From the NCBI GenBank assembly GCA_050950825.1, contig JBMNIH010000002.1, positions 128,001 to 192,000 of the forward strand: a stretch of DNA of 64,000 nucleotides, written 5' to 3'. Shown one piece after another: positions 20,787 to 30,199 of the stretch. Position 1 is the first letter of the stretch. The number at the start of each line of letters is the position of its first letter. The notes under the pieces were generated by a model. That model saw only the letters and a list, made by a program, of their open reading frames with translations. It made no database searches and was not told the DNA's origin. Made by a program: the position numbers and the translations under genes. The DNA comes from Clostridia bacterium (GTDB lineage Bacteria > Bacillota > Clostridia > JAAYHZ01).

Positions 20787-21635
20787 TCACTCACTCTCCA
20801 GAATAGAATTCTCACGTAAAATTTTATATATGACCGAGGAAGCCGAATAATTGAACAGTTTGCCGGGCAAACTCAACGCATGATTGGCTTTGATTCCTCT
20901 TTTTTCGGCATATTCAAAATCGGTTCCTCCGGGAATCGAGGCCAGATCAATGATGATGGCATCTTGTTTTACACGATCTAAAACCTCTTTCGTCAGCACG
21001 ATGGCAGGAATGGTGTTGATGATGATGTCAAATTTATGAATCTCCTTTGCGATATCTTCGGTATGAATCCCTTTGTACCCGTTTACCGATATGTAAGTCA
21101 AGTCTTTTTCTTTACGAGCCGTGACCGTAAAATCACCCCGGAAACCGGCCAGCAGATTGCAAAGAGCCTTGCCGATTCTTCCGTAGCCTAAAACCAGCAC
21201 ATTGGCATCTTTTAACGTAATGTTTCCGTTGCTCAGCGCAATCATTATCGCCCCTTCCGCCGTTATTTCCGCATTTAAAATTTGAAACTCTTCGGTATTG
21301 GCATAATCAAAAACAGAAACGCCTTTTTCCGAAGCGAATTGCGCCAAATCCTTCGGAATGATCCCGGCCGTAAATACGCTGCCCGGTTTCATTTTGTTAA
21401 CGACCTCGTACACATCGGCATAATAGCCTTCTTTTGCGTTTAAAAGCGGTGCCGGCTTACATAAAGGTACGGGACCGATTAGAACATCCAAGTCAAAGGA
21501 ATGAGGCAACTTATCTTTTGAGTTTTCGACATCCATGTAATACGCATCGGGCGTGCATCCTGTTTCCCGAATGATGTTATACAAGCTGACCATTCTTTTG
21601 TCTCCGCCTATGAATCCGATCTTTTTTTTCTCCAT
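20787..21635 (-). CDS. dpaA: Dipicolinate synthase subunit A
   Basis: GGDKR, NAEITAEGA, LGYGRIG, IDLASIPGG, LPGK; adjacent to dpaB. Confidence 0.92.
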   Translation of the reverse strand: MEKKKIGFIGGDKRMVSLYNIIRETGCTPDAYYMDVENSKDKLPHSFDLDVLIGPVPLCKPAPLLNAKEGYYADVYEVVNKMKPGSVFTAGIIPKDLAQFASEKGVSVFDYANTEEFQILNAEITAEGAIMIALSNGNITLKDANVLVLGYGRIGKALCNLLAGFRGDFTVTARKEKDLTYISVNGYKGIHTEDIAKEIHKFDIIINTIPAIVLTKEVLDRVKQDAIIIDLASIPGGTDFEYAEKRGIKANHALSLPGKLFNYSASSVIYKILRENSILESE

Positions 21636-21678
21636 ATTTTAATCCTCTTTTGGTATACATAAAATAATCTCGCTTTAC

Positions 21679-21706
21679 ATTCTATGAAAGCCGGCGGTAA
21701 GATGTG
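21679..21706 (-). promoter_or_regulatory. SigK-type promoter of dpaAB
   Basis: CACA-16 nt-CATAGAAT; spoVF is SigK-dependent in Bacillus. Confidence 0.55.
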
Positions 21707-21765
21707 AGAAAAAGACAAAAAAAGAAGGCCTTGTAGCCTTCTGTTTCGTTCCTTATAAACTGTTT

Positions 21766-22989
21766 TTATATTTTCCCGATAAAGGCAAAACCTCGCTCTT
21801 TATCCTTAAAAAGCAGCTCCGTAAATTTCGCAACGTCTTCTTTCGTGATGGCCATAATTTCTTCCGTTATTTCTTCTTTCGTACGTACATTGCCGTAAAG
21901 CAGCTCCGATTTACCGATGGCGTTCATACGAGCTCCGGTGGATTCTTGAGACAAAAGGTATCCGCCCTTCAGTTGCTCCTTCGCCTTAGAAAGCGCATCT
22001 TCATCCATTTCGTTTTTGACAAACTCGGCGATTTCCGCATCCATAAGATCGATGACTTGCTTTAAGCTTCCCGGGTTCATACCGGCATAGATAACAAACA
22101 GCCCTTCCTTGTTGTAGAACACGGGATAGGAGTAGATGGTATAGACAAGTCCGTATTCTTCACGGATTTTCTGGAAAAGCCTCGAGCTCATGCCGCCGCC
22201 CACCACATTGTTGATCAGCATTACGGGATAAACCTCTTTGGTTCCGGCCGGAACGCTCTTGTATGCGACGCAAAAATGGACCTGCTCCGTATCCTTCTTG
22301 ATTTTATTCTCTACAGGCGTAAATACGGTTTCATCACAGCAAGGCTTTTGCGAGTCGGTCTTCGGCCAATTGCCGAAGTATTTTTCCACTTGCTCCGCCA
22401 AAGCTTTCTCGTCGATGTTTCCGGCTACGGCAATGACGCAGTTTTCCGGATAATACATACGGCTCATGTAGTCCCTGATTTCGGCTTCGCCGATAGCCTT
22501 CAATACTTCGGGCGTACCCAATACCGGCATGCCTAACGCTCCTTCCGGCCATACCGTCTGCTGAATCACATCGTGAATCAACTCCTCGGGAGAATCGTTG
22601 TACAGGTTTATTTCTTCCAAAACCACGTTTTTCTCCACATCCAAATCTTCTTTTCTGAATTTGGAGTTAAACAACATATCCGACAATAAGTCCAAGGATG
22701 TTTCGAAATGATTGTCCAACGTTTTGGTATAATAACAGGTCATTTCTTTTCCCGTAAAGGCGTTGATTTGACCGCCGATGTTGTCGATTTCTTCCGCAAT
22801 TTGCTTTCCGGTTCTCCTCTCGGTACCCTTAAAAAGCATATGCTCGATCAAATGAGAAATTCCGCGCTCGTTATCCCTTTCGTATCTTGATCCTGCGCCG
22901 ACCCATATACCGGTACTGATCGAACGTACATAGGGCATTTTTTCATATACGATGCGCAGGCCGTTTTTCAGTGTAATTTTTCCGTTCAT
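21766..22989 (-). CDS. M16 family (pitrilysin-like) zinc peptidase
   Basis: SHLIEHMLFKGT, NAFT, GGGMSSRLFQKIRE; usual position after pnp. Confidence 0.92.
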   Translation of the reverse strand: MNGKITLKNGLRIVYEKMPYVRSISTGIWVGAGSRYERDNERGISHLIEHMLFKGTERRTGKQIAEEIDNIGGQINAFTGKEMTCYYTKTLDNHFETSLDLLSDMLFNSKFRKEDLDVEKNVVLEEINLYNDSPEELIHDVIQQTVWPEGALGMPVLGTPEVLKAIGEAEIRDYMSRMYYPENCVIAVAGNIDEKALAEQVEKYFGNWPKTDSQKPCCDETVFTPVENKIKKDTEQVHFCVAYKSVPAGTKEVYPVMLINNVVGGGMSSRLFQKIREEYGLVYTIYSYPVFYNKEGLFVIYAGMNPGSLKQVIDLMDAEIAEFVKNEMDEDALSKAKEQLKGGYLLSQESTGARMNAIGKSELLYGNVRTKEEITEEIMAITKEDVAKFTELLFKDKERGFAFIGKI

Positions 22990-23077
22990 GATACCTCCAA
23001 TCGACTTTATCTTGTATATTTTGTCCGATCTTTTCGGTTCCATTCGAGACAATAGGAAAAATTTATGTTTTGTGTCA

Positions 23078-23105
23078 AAAGACCGCATGTTAATCTGCGG
23101 TCTTT
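23078..23105 (-). terminator. Terminator after pnp
   Basis: AAAGACCGCA/TGCGGTCTTT stem. Confidence 0.7.
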
Positions 23106-23128
23106 CTCTTTCTTTATATTATATTCCG

Positions 23129-25249
23129 TTATTTCGCTTTCTTCTTTACGTCTTTTTCTTGGTCCTTAAGAGCGTCTTTTCTGGAAAGATTGATTCGACC
23201 TTGTTTGTCGATTTCAATAACCTTTACCAAAATTTCATCTCCCACGTTCACGATGTCTTCCACGCGATTCACGCGGTTCGTATCCAATTTGGAGATGTGG
23301 ACCATACCCTCTTTGCCGGGCAAGAACTCAACAAAAGCACCGAAATTCATTATCCGCACCACTTTACCCATGTATACGGATCCGACCTCCGGTTCGTTTG
23401 CAATGCCTTCCACGATTTGAATGGCTCTGCGGCCCATTTCTTCATTGTCGGTATAGACATAAACGTGTCCGTCGTCGTCAATGTCGATTTTAACGCCGGT
23501 TTCATCGATAATCTTGTTGATGACCTTACCGCCGGAACCGATAACCTCACGAATCTTATCGGGATGAATCTTCGTTTGGAATATCTTAGGCGCATACTTG
23601 CTTAATTGTTCTCTCGGCTTGTCGATGACCTTCAGCATGCATTCGTCCAAAATGAAGTACCGACCTTTTCTCGTAATTTCAAAGGCTTCTTCGATAATAT
23701 CATAAGTCAAGCCGTCCACCTTAATATCCACTTGGATGGCGGTGATTCCGTTTTTCGTACCGGCAACCTTAAAGTCCATATCGCCGAAGAAGTCTTCGAT
23801 TCCTTGGATATCCGCAAAGGTTACGTGGCGGTCCGGGTTTTCTTCGTCAATCACAAGCCCCGCCGAAATACCGGCAACCGGTTCTTTGATCGGCACACCG
23901 GCATCCATTAACGCCAAGGTACTGCCGCAAACACTTCCTTGGGAGGTGGAACCGTTGGACATCATGACCTCCGAAACAACGCGGATTGCATACGGGAATT
24001 CTTCTTCCGTCGGAAGAACCGGCAAAATCGCGCGTTCCGCCAAGGCACCGTGTCCGATTTCTCTTCTGCCTGCGCCTCTTGAGGGTTTTGCTTCGCCCAC
24101 GCTGAAGGACGGGAAGTTATAATGGTGCATATACCGCTTGGTTTCTTCCAAGCCGATACCGTCCAGCATCTGTACTTCCGCCATAGCGCCTAACGTAACG
24201 GTAGAAATAATTTGGGTCTGTCCTCTTTGGAACAGAGCGGAGCCGTGGGTTCTCGGAAGCAGTCCTACTTTTGCATTTAAAGGTCTTATTTGGTCCAAGG
24301 AACGTCCGTCCACTCTCTTTTTGTTTTCCAGAAGGTTGGTACGAACGATCTTTTTCTGCAGCTTGTACAAAGAGTCGGTAATAACGTTAGGTGTTTCGAT
24401 GTACTTTTCACCGAACTTTTCTTGAACAATTTCCGTCACTTTATTGACATTCAAATCTCTTTGGGCTTTATCTTCGACGAATAATGCTTCGACCATCATA
24501 TCATGGGCAAACTCCCCGATTTCTTGGTAAGCTTCTTCGGGAACCGCCATGGATTCGTATTCGAATTTGGGTTTACCCACTTCTTTCGTGATTTCTTCAA
24601 TAAAAACAATCAGTTTTTTAATCTCTTCGTGACCTGCTTTTATCGCTTCTAACATGATCCGGTCATCCACTTCTTGGGCCCCGGCTTCGATCATAATGAT
24701 TTTATCCTTTGATGCGGCCAGCATCACATTCATTTTGCTGACTTCCGATTGCTTGGAGGTGGGATTGAAAACGAACTTGTCGTCAACAAGTCCGATAATG
24801 ATTCCGCCGACCGGTCCGTCGAAGGGAATGTCCGAAATGTTTACGGCAATAGCCGCTCCGACCATTCCGGTAATTTCCGGTGAATTGTCTTGGTCTACGG
24901 ATAAAACGGTACAGTTAATAACCACATCATTCCTTAAGTCGCCAGGGAACCGAGGTCTTAAGGGGCGGTCGATGGCTCTTGCGGCCAGAATGGCTTTTTC
25001 CGAGGGTTTTCCCTCTCTCTTTACATATCCGCCCGGAATTTTTCCGACGGCATACAGCTTCTCTTCAAAATCAACGCTTAAAGGAAAAAAATCAATTCCT
25101 TCTCTCGGCACGGATGAAGCAGTGGCTGTGCACAACAATACCGTATCGCCATAGCGTATCAATACGGCACCATTTGCAAATTGAGCAACTTCGCCGGTTT
25201 CAACAATTAACTCTCTGCCGGCATAATCGGTCTTAAATACTTTATGCAT
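23129..25249 (-). CDS. pnp: Polyribonucleotide nucleotidyltransferase
   Basis: FFPLSVDFEEK, RREIGHG, GDMDFKVAG, KH and S1 domains. Confidence 0.98.
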   Translation of the reverse strand: MHKVFKTDYAGRELIVETGEVAQFANGAVLIRYGDTVLLCTATASSVPREGIDFFPLSVDFEEKLYAVGKIPGGYVKREGKPSEKAILAARAIDRPLRPRFPGDLRNDVVINCTVLSVDQDNSPEITGMVGAAIAVNISDIPFDGPVGGIIIGLVDDKFVFNPTSKQSEVSKMNVMLAASKDKIIMIEAGAQEVDDRIMLEAIKAGHEEIKKLIVFIEEITKEVGKPKFEYESMAVPEEAYQEIGEFAHDMMVEALFVEDKAQRDLNVNKVTEIVQEKFGEKYIETPNVITDSLYKLQKKIVRTNLLENKKRVDGRSLDQIRPLNAKVGLLPRTHGSALFQRGQTQIISTVTLGAMAEVQMLDGIGLEETKRYMHHYNFPSFSVGEAKPSRGAGRREIGHGALAERAILPVLPTEEEFPYAIRVVSEVMMSNGSTSQGSVCGSTLALMDAGVPIKEPVAGISAGLVIDEENPDRHVTFADIQGIEDFFGDMDFKVAGTKNGITAIQVDIKVDGLTYDIIEEAFEITRKGRYFILDECMLKVIDKPREQLSKYAPKIFQTKIHPDKIREVIGSGGKVINKIIDETGVKIDIDDDGHVYVYTDNEEMGRRAIQIVEGIANEPEVGSVYMGKVVRIMNFGAFVEFLPGKEGMVHISKLDTNRVNRVEDIVNVGDEILVKVIEIDKQGRINLSRKDALKDQEKDVKKKAK

Positions 25250-25426
25250 GAACAAATCCTCCATAATACGTTTATTCATACACTGCATTCATCGTGCAAA
25301 ATTCCAGAAAACTGACACCGAAGAGCATCTTTCCTGTATGAAACATGCTCTTCGGTCTCAATTTTCTGTTGCCAATGAATGCAAGTGTATTGTATTAAAT
25401 TTATTAAAATTATGTTATTTTATAAC

Positions 25427-25450
25427 AAAAGGGGGCATTCCCCCTTTTTT
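25427..25450 (-). terminator. Terminator after rpsO
   Basis: AAAAGGGGG-CATT-CCCCCTTTT. Confidence 0.7.
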
Positions 25451-25451
25451 G

Positions 25452-25712
25452 TTACTTTCTTAAGTTTAGTTTCTCAATGAGTTCACGATATTTTTCGATA
25501 TCGGAATCCATTAAATAGTTTAACAATGCACGACGGCGTCCAACCATTTTTAACAGACCTCTGCGGGAATGATGATCGTTCTTATGAATTTTTAAGTGTT
25601 CGTTCAAATGGTTGATTCTTTCCGTCAGCAAAGCAATTTGGACTTCCGTCGATCCGGTATCGTTTTCATGAAGCTTGAATTGATCGATAACCTCTTGCTT
25701 GCTTCTTTTCAT
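25452..25712 (-). CDS. rpsO: 30S ribosomal protein S15
   Basis: [29 protein letters not shown]. Confidence 0.98.
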   Translation of the reverse strand: MKRSKQEVIDQFKLHENDTGSTEVQIALLTERINHLNEHLKIHKNDHHSRRGLLKMVGRRRALLNYLMDSDIEKYRELIEKLNLRK

Positions 25713-25724
25713 GGTTTTACCTCC

Positions 25725-25790
25725 TTTTCATTCAATCACCGAAAGCCAGGTAAGAAGTCGGAGACTCTTCAAACTTAGCAACCGGTTATA
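25725..25790 (-). ncRNA. Probable S15 autoregulatory leader
   Basis: Structured 5' UTR between a TTTACA-17-TATAAT promoter (25800-25828) and the rpsO SD; S15 leaders are established in Firmicutes. Confidence 0.45.
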
Positions 25791-26051
25791 CAAAGTAGGA
25801 TTATAGCATATTCCCGTTAATTTGTAAATAAAAATTTATCTTTCTCTTTTGTCTTTAACAACTATGCATACATCTTATTATATGCTATTATATTTACTAT
25901 AAAAAAGGGTGATGTAGGAATATTTAATAGCTAATCCCGTATGTATGAAGATGTATAGGGTGACTTTCCAATTTTATGTACGTTTTGTACTATAAATAAT
26001 ATTTTTGCATCGTATCTGTTTTAAAACATTATAATTAGGAGTGTTCATATC

Positions 26052-27596
26052 ATGATTAACGTCTCTTTTATGGATATGTTAAGAGAAATTGGCACTAGCG
26101 GCATAATCATCATTGCCATCATTATTTTTGTCTTTATTGTAGCCTTATTAACAAATTTTATTACGATTCTCCGATATAAATCGATTTCGAGCTGTTTTGA
26201 TAACAAAAAGCAAACAAAAACCGGTATATTCAGCAACGAGCTTTTGAACAGTATCGTTCAGGAATATAAAATTGCGGCAAAAAATAGTCTCAGCGAGGTT
26301 AACACCCAAGCGATCATCGAAAAAAGCTTCAATGAAAATATGAAATTAATGTCCATTGCCGAGTCTTTTGTGAAAAAAAGCCCTGCCATATTGGTCATCC
26401 TGGGTCTGTTCGGAACATTCTGGGGCTTGACGGCTTCCGTAACAAAGCTGATTGAAATCATCACCTCCAACATCATCAACGATGTGGAGGTCAATATGGG
26501 ACAGCTTTTGGAAAGCTTGTCCGGAACGGCTTCCGGCATGGGCGTAGCCTTTTCTACCAGTTTATTCGGGATCGCCTTCAATATCTTATTGACGGTAATA
26601 TTCATCTTTGCAAGCTGCGAGGATGCAAGGGTATCTTTGATGGTTATCATTGAAGAATATTTGGATAATACCGTTTCCATCGTCATTTCGAAGGACAAAC
26701 AAACGGAATACACGATGCTGAACAACATTTTAAGAGAAACCTTCGTGGAATTCGGTGCCAAAATACAAGAATCCATGACAAAGACCGTGGAAGACTTCGG
26801 TGAAAAATTGACCCACGTGGTTATGGACGTTTCTCTATCCTCCCAGACCTTGGACAATACGGTGGAACGGTTTGACAAATCCCTTGAAAACTTTGCCGTC
26901 AATATGCGAAGCTTAAGCGACTTCAATACGAATATGAGAAACAATATTCAATTGATGGACGTGAACTTTATACGAGTAACCGAAGCTTTAAACGAATCCG
27001 CTTCGGTCATCACCGAAAATTACTTAACGATCAAAGAGTTTTCCGATAAGGTGAAAGTCATTGCCGACCAAATTACGGCCTTTAATACCGACATCGTATC
27101 CCAGATCGAAAGTGTCGTAGACCAAATGGAACACACCGTTTCCTTTGTGGGCAAGTTATCGGAGGAATTAAAATCGAATACCGACACATCTTCTTGTGAA
27201 TTAAGGAAGATACAAGAAAATTTCATTGAATCCTTACATACGTTCAATCAAGACCTGAAAGAATCCGGAGCACAGCTTGCCCAAGCCATCACCGATGCTT
27301 TGGGCGTAGGCATCGGCCGGATGTCGGAAGACGTGGCAAATCGTATAGATACCGCTTTAAAGGGTGTCATGAATTCATTGGAAAACTTCGAAGAAAACGA
27401 AAAATCCTTGGCAAAAACCATTGCGCTTTTGCCCCAGCAGGTCATGGCATATAACAAAGTGGCTTCCGATCAAATGCAAGAAAAATTGGATGAGTTGGTC
27501 AATACGGTCGGAAAAATCGAAAAAACTCAAACAATTGCCGTTTCCGAGCAAGAAGAAGCGATGCCGAAGAAAAAAAGAGGCCGGTTGAGAATATAA
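26052..27596 (+). CDS. MotA/TolQ/ExbB proton-channel protein with long C-terminal helical tail (ZorA-like)
   Basis: Three TM segments, PAILVILGLFGTFWGL and GMGVAFSTSLFG motifs, then about 320 aa of heptad-like helical sequence. Confidence 0.8.
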   Translation: MINVSFMDMLREIGTSGIIIIAIIIFVFIVALLTNFITILRYKSISSCFDNKKQTKTGIFSNELLNSIVQEYKIAAKNSLSEVNTQAIIEKSFNENMKLMSIAESFVKKSPAILVILGLFGTFWGLTASVTKLIEIITSNIINDVEVNMGQLLESLSGTASGMGVAFSTSLFGIAFNILLTVIFIFASCEDARVSLMVIIEEYLDNTVSIVISKDKQTEYTMLNNILRETFVEFGAKIQESMTKTVEDFGEKLTHVVMDVSLSSQTLDNTVERFDKSLENFAVNMRSLSDFNTNMRNNIQLMDVNFIRVTEALNESASVITENYLTIKEFSDKVKVIADQITAFNTDIVSQIESVVDQMEHTVSFVGKLSEELKSNTDTSSCELRKIQENFIESLHTFNQDLKESGAQLAQAITDALGVGIGRMSEDVANRIDTALKGVMNSLENFEENEKSLAKTIALLPQQVMAYNKVASDQMQEKLDELVNTVGKIEKTQTIAVSEQEEAMPKKKRGRLRI

Positions 27597-27647
27597 CAAA
27601 AATTGAATGTCCTTTGCTTGTTTTATTTATTTGCGGGGTGAAAAAAA

Positions 27648-28676
27648 TTGAAAGATAGAAGAAGAAATTTTACGAAAACGGCACATGAAGAGAGCTATTG
27701 GCCTTCATTTGCCGACGTCATGTCCACTTTTTCGCTGGTTATGCTGTTTTTAGTGGTTATGGTGTTCCTGAAAAACATATCCATATCCATCAATTTAAAA
27801 GGAGAGCAGCAGAAGCTAATCGATACGAGACATGCACTTCAAGAACGTGAGGCCGAACTGACGGAAAAACAAAATCTGTTAATCCAATTGGAATCCCTTT
27901 TAAACGCCAAGGAAGAAGCCTTGATCATATTAGGTCAAGAACTGAACGCCCTAGAGCAAGAATTGGAAACCAGCAAAGAGGAACTGAAATCCATTAATGA
28001 AGAGAAAAAGAATGCCGAAGAGTTGCTGGTAATCCTGATACAAAGCTTGGAAGAAAAACAACGGATTATCGCGGTTAACGACGAAGAATTGAAGCTTCTA
28101 AGAGGGAAATTGGAAGAAATCTCCGTTATGAGAGCGGAATTGTTCGCTTCGGTTAAAGAAACCGTTGAAGCCCAATTGGGTACTACCAACGAGCAAGGTC
28201 TTCCCCTTGTCGAAATCGGCGATAACGCCAACATCATCATAAACGAAGCCGTATTATTCGATACCGCCCAGTGGACCATCAAGCCCGAAGGGAAGAAACT
28301 TTTGGATGAATTTGCCATTGCCTTTGAAAACATCCTGAAAAATCCGGGAATGAGAGATATCATTGACTCCATAACCGTAGAGGGCCATGCGGACAAAACC
28401 GGGGACGAATTTTCGAATATGACACTGTCGCTGAACAGAGCCAATGCGGTAATTCGCTATATGTTCGAGTCCAATCCCAACCTGTTGTTGAATTACAACA
28501 ATTACTTCGCAGCCGCCGGATATTCGGAATTCAGACCCATAGATCCCGGCGACTCGGCTCAAGCGTTAGCGAAAAACCGGCGTATCGAATTCGCCATCAA
28601 GATTAAAGACTCCACCATCCAAAAGGTTATCAACGACTATTTGGAAGAAACGGAAGGAATAACGGATACCGATTAA
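27648..28676 (+). CDS. MotB/OmpA-family protein with coiled-coil stalk (ZorB-like)
   Basis: YWPSFADVM TM helix with Asp, E/L/K-rich coiled coil, OmpA-like VEGHAD, NMTLSLNRA, GYSEFRP, NRRIEF; TTG start. Confidence 0.85.
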   Translation: MKDRRRNFTKTAHEESYWPSFADVMSTFSLVMLFLVVMVFLKNISISINLKGEQQKLIDTRHALQEREAELTEKQNLLIQLESLLNAKEEALIILGQELNALEQELETSKEELKSINEEKKNAEELLVILIQSLEEKQRIIAVNDEELKLLRGKLEEISVMRAELFASVKETVEAQLGTTNEQGLPLVEIGDNANIIINEAVLFDTAQWTIKPEGKKLLDEFAIAFENILKNPGMRDIIDSITVEGHADKTGDEFSNMTLSLNRANAVIRYMFESNPNLLLNYNNYFAAAGYSEFRPIDPGDSAQALAKNRRIEFAIKIKDSTIQKVINDYLEETEGITDTD

Positions 28677-28696
28677 TAAAGAGAGGACAACGATTC

Positions 28697-29671
28697 ATGG
28701 ACCCTTCTGTGATAGAAATAAGGAAAATCAAATACGGCGACTATGTCGACAAGCATCCGAACAAACCCTACGGTTATTATGCTTTAGGCGAGTTGGAGCT
28801 CATATGCAAGTCTTACGATAAAGCCATGACCTATTTTGCCAAGGCACTGCACTTAAACCCGCAATACAAACGGGCAAACATCGGATACATCATTTGCTTA
28901 ATACAGCAGCAAAAATATATGCAGGCCGTACGGCATTTTCGAAAACGTTGCCGGGACATTGAAGATAAAACGGTTCTGATGAAAGACTTGGTCCATGCCA
29001 TATGCTCGGATTATCCTTTATCGAATCCCGATATTCGTATTCCCGTCGAATGCAAAGCGCCGGACCTGAAGGGAAAGATTTACCGCATCCTTTGGAGCTA
29101 TAAAATAAGCGGAAATATCGTTGCAGGCGTTTTGTTGGCCTTGCATTTTATGAATAAACCGAATAATAAGCTATTTGAAAATACAAAATATACCTTGTAT
29201 ACGGATATGGTCGCTTTACCCGGTATTGTAGAAAGCTTACGCTGGCACATGGTGAAGTTTTTGTCATTACGTATGCCGAAAATAAAGGAGCAACGATCCG
29301 TAGCTTCCCTGTTTTTTTACATTCCTTCTAACGACATGTCCCCGGAATATGCAAACATCGTTTTTTCGACGGCATTGAACGGCAAAAATCCGGAACGGAT
29401 CAATAGAATCCGAAAATCCATGGAGAACCGTTTGATTCCCGTTACCCAAGAAAATATGTGGCGTTATATATACTTTGCTCGGCAAGAATATCGTTACAAC
29501 GAGCAGGTTATGAAGGATTGCTTGTCCTTGATACGGTCGGGTTGGGTTGACCCCGTTATCGCCGAAGCCCTAAACGACATGATTCTGCTGAAAATGAAAG
29601 GTTACACGGAAAAGGATTTGGAAACCCTTCGTTTCTACGGGTTCGATATATCCGATTCAAGTTCCTTGTGA
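28697..29671 (+). CDS. TPR-containing hypothetical protein
   Basis: YYALGELELICKSYDKAMTYFAKALHLNP TPR consensus; 20 nt after the upstream gene with GAGG SD. Confidence 0.65.
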   Translation: MDPSVIEIRKIKYGDYVDKHPNKPYGYYALGELELICKSYDKAMTYFAKALHLNPQYKRANIGYIICLIQQQKYMQAVRHFRKRCRDIEDKTVLMKDLVHAICSDYPLSNPDIRIPVECKAPDLKGKIYRILWSYKISGNIVAGVLLALHFMNKPNNKLFENTKYTLYTDMVALPGIVESLRWHMVKFLSLRMPKIKEQRSVASLFFYIPSNDMSPEYANIVFSTALNGKNPERINRIRKSMENRLIPVTQENMWRYIYFARQEYRYNEQVMKDCLSLIRSGWVDPVIAEALNDMILLKMKGYTEKDLETLRFYGFDISDSSSL

Positions 29672-30145
29672 CGAGTCGTATAAATCGGCCAGAAAAACCG
29701 TATTAAGCAAATCCATTAAGAATCGGCAGTTCTCACCGGATCCTTTGAGAACAAGGTCCGTACCGTACCGAAAGGCGATGCGCACGTGAATTCGTGAGGA
29801 TGATTCGAAGGTTTGAAAATCGTGGTCGTGTTTCATAACCTGTACCGTCGCCACGTTATGATCCGTTTTATAGAAAACGTATTTTTCCTCGGCGGCAAAA
29901 TTTCTAACTTCGCATATTATTTTGCCGGAAATAAACACAATGTTTTCAAAGACTTTCGTTTGATCCGAACGCAAGAATTCGGAAACATAGACCTTCTGCG
30001 GCGTGAAACCGTTGAATTGAGCCAATCGGTTTTTTATTTGGTCGGCCTTTTGCTTCAGTTCCGTATCCAAACCGATCAAATCGAAATATTTCAAAGAAAT
30101 CATAGCGGTGTACATTCCTTCCTTTTTTCGGATCGTTATGTACAC
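29657..30145 (-). CDS. Hypothetical protein
   Basis: Open 162-aa frame; true start probably internal (AAGGAAGGA SD before MYTA); no family recognised. Confidence 0.5.
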   Translation of the reverse strand: MYITIRKKEGMYTAMISLKYFDLIGLDTELKQKADQIKNRLAQFNGFTPQKVYVSEFLRSDQTKVFENIVFISGKIICEVRNFAAEEKYVFYKTDHNVATVQVMKHDHDFQTFESSSRIHVRIAFRYGTDLVLKGSGENCRFLMDLLNTVFLADLYDSSQGT

Positions 30146-30199
30146 CGCTTGAATATTCCCATCTTATGCTTTCCGGATTTTCATTACGTTATGAATTTC

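Noticed and set aside
26052-28676. Flagellar stator motAB or ExbB/ExbD
   Set aside because: The MotA-like protein has a long extra tail, the partner has an OmpA-like domain (unlike ExbD), and no flagellar or TonB genes are nearby
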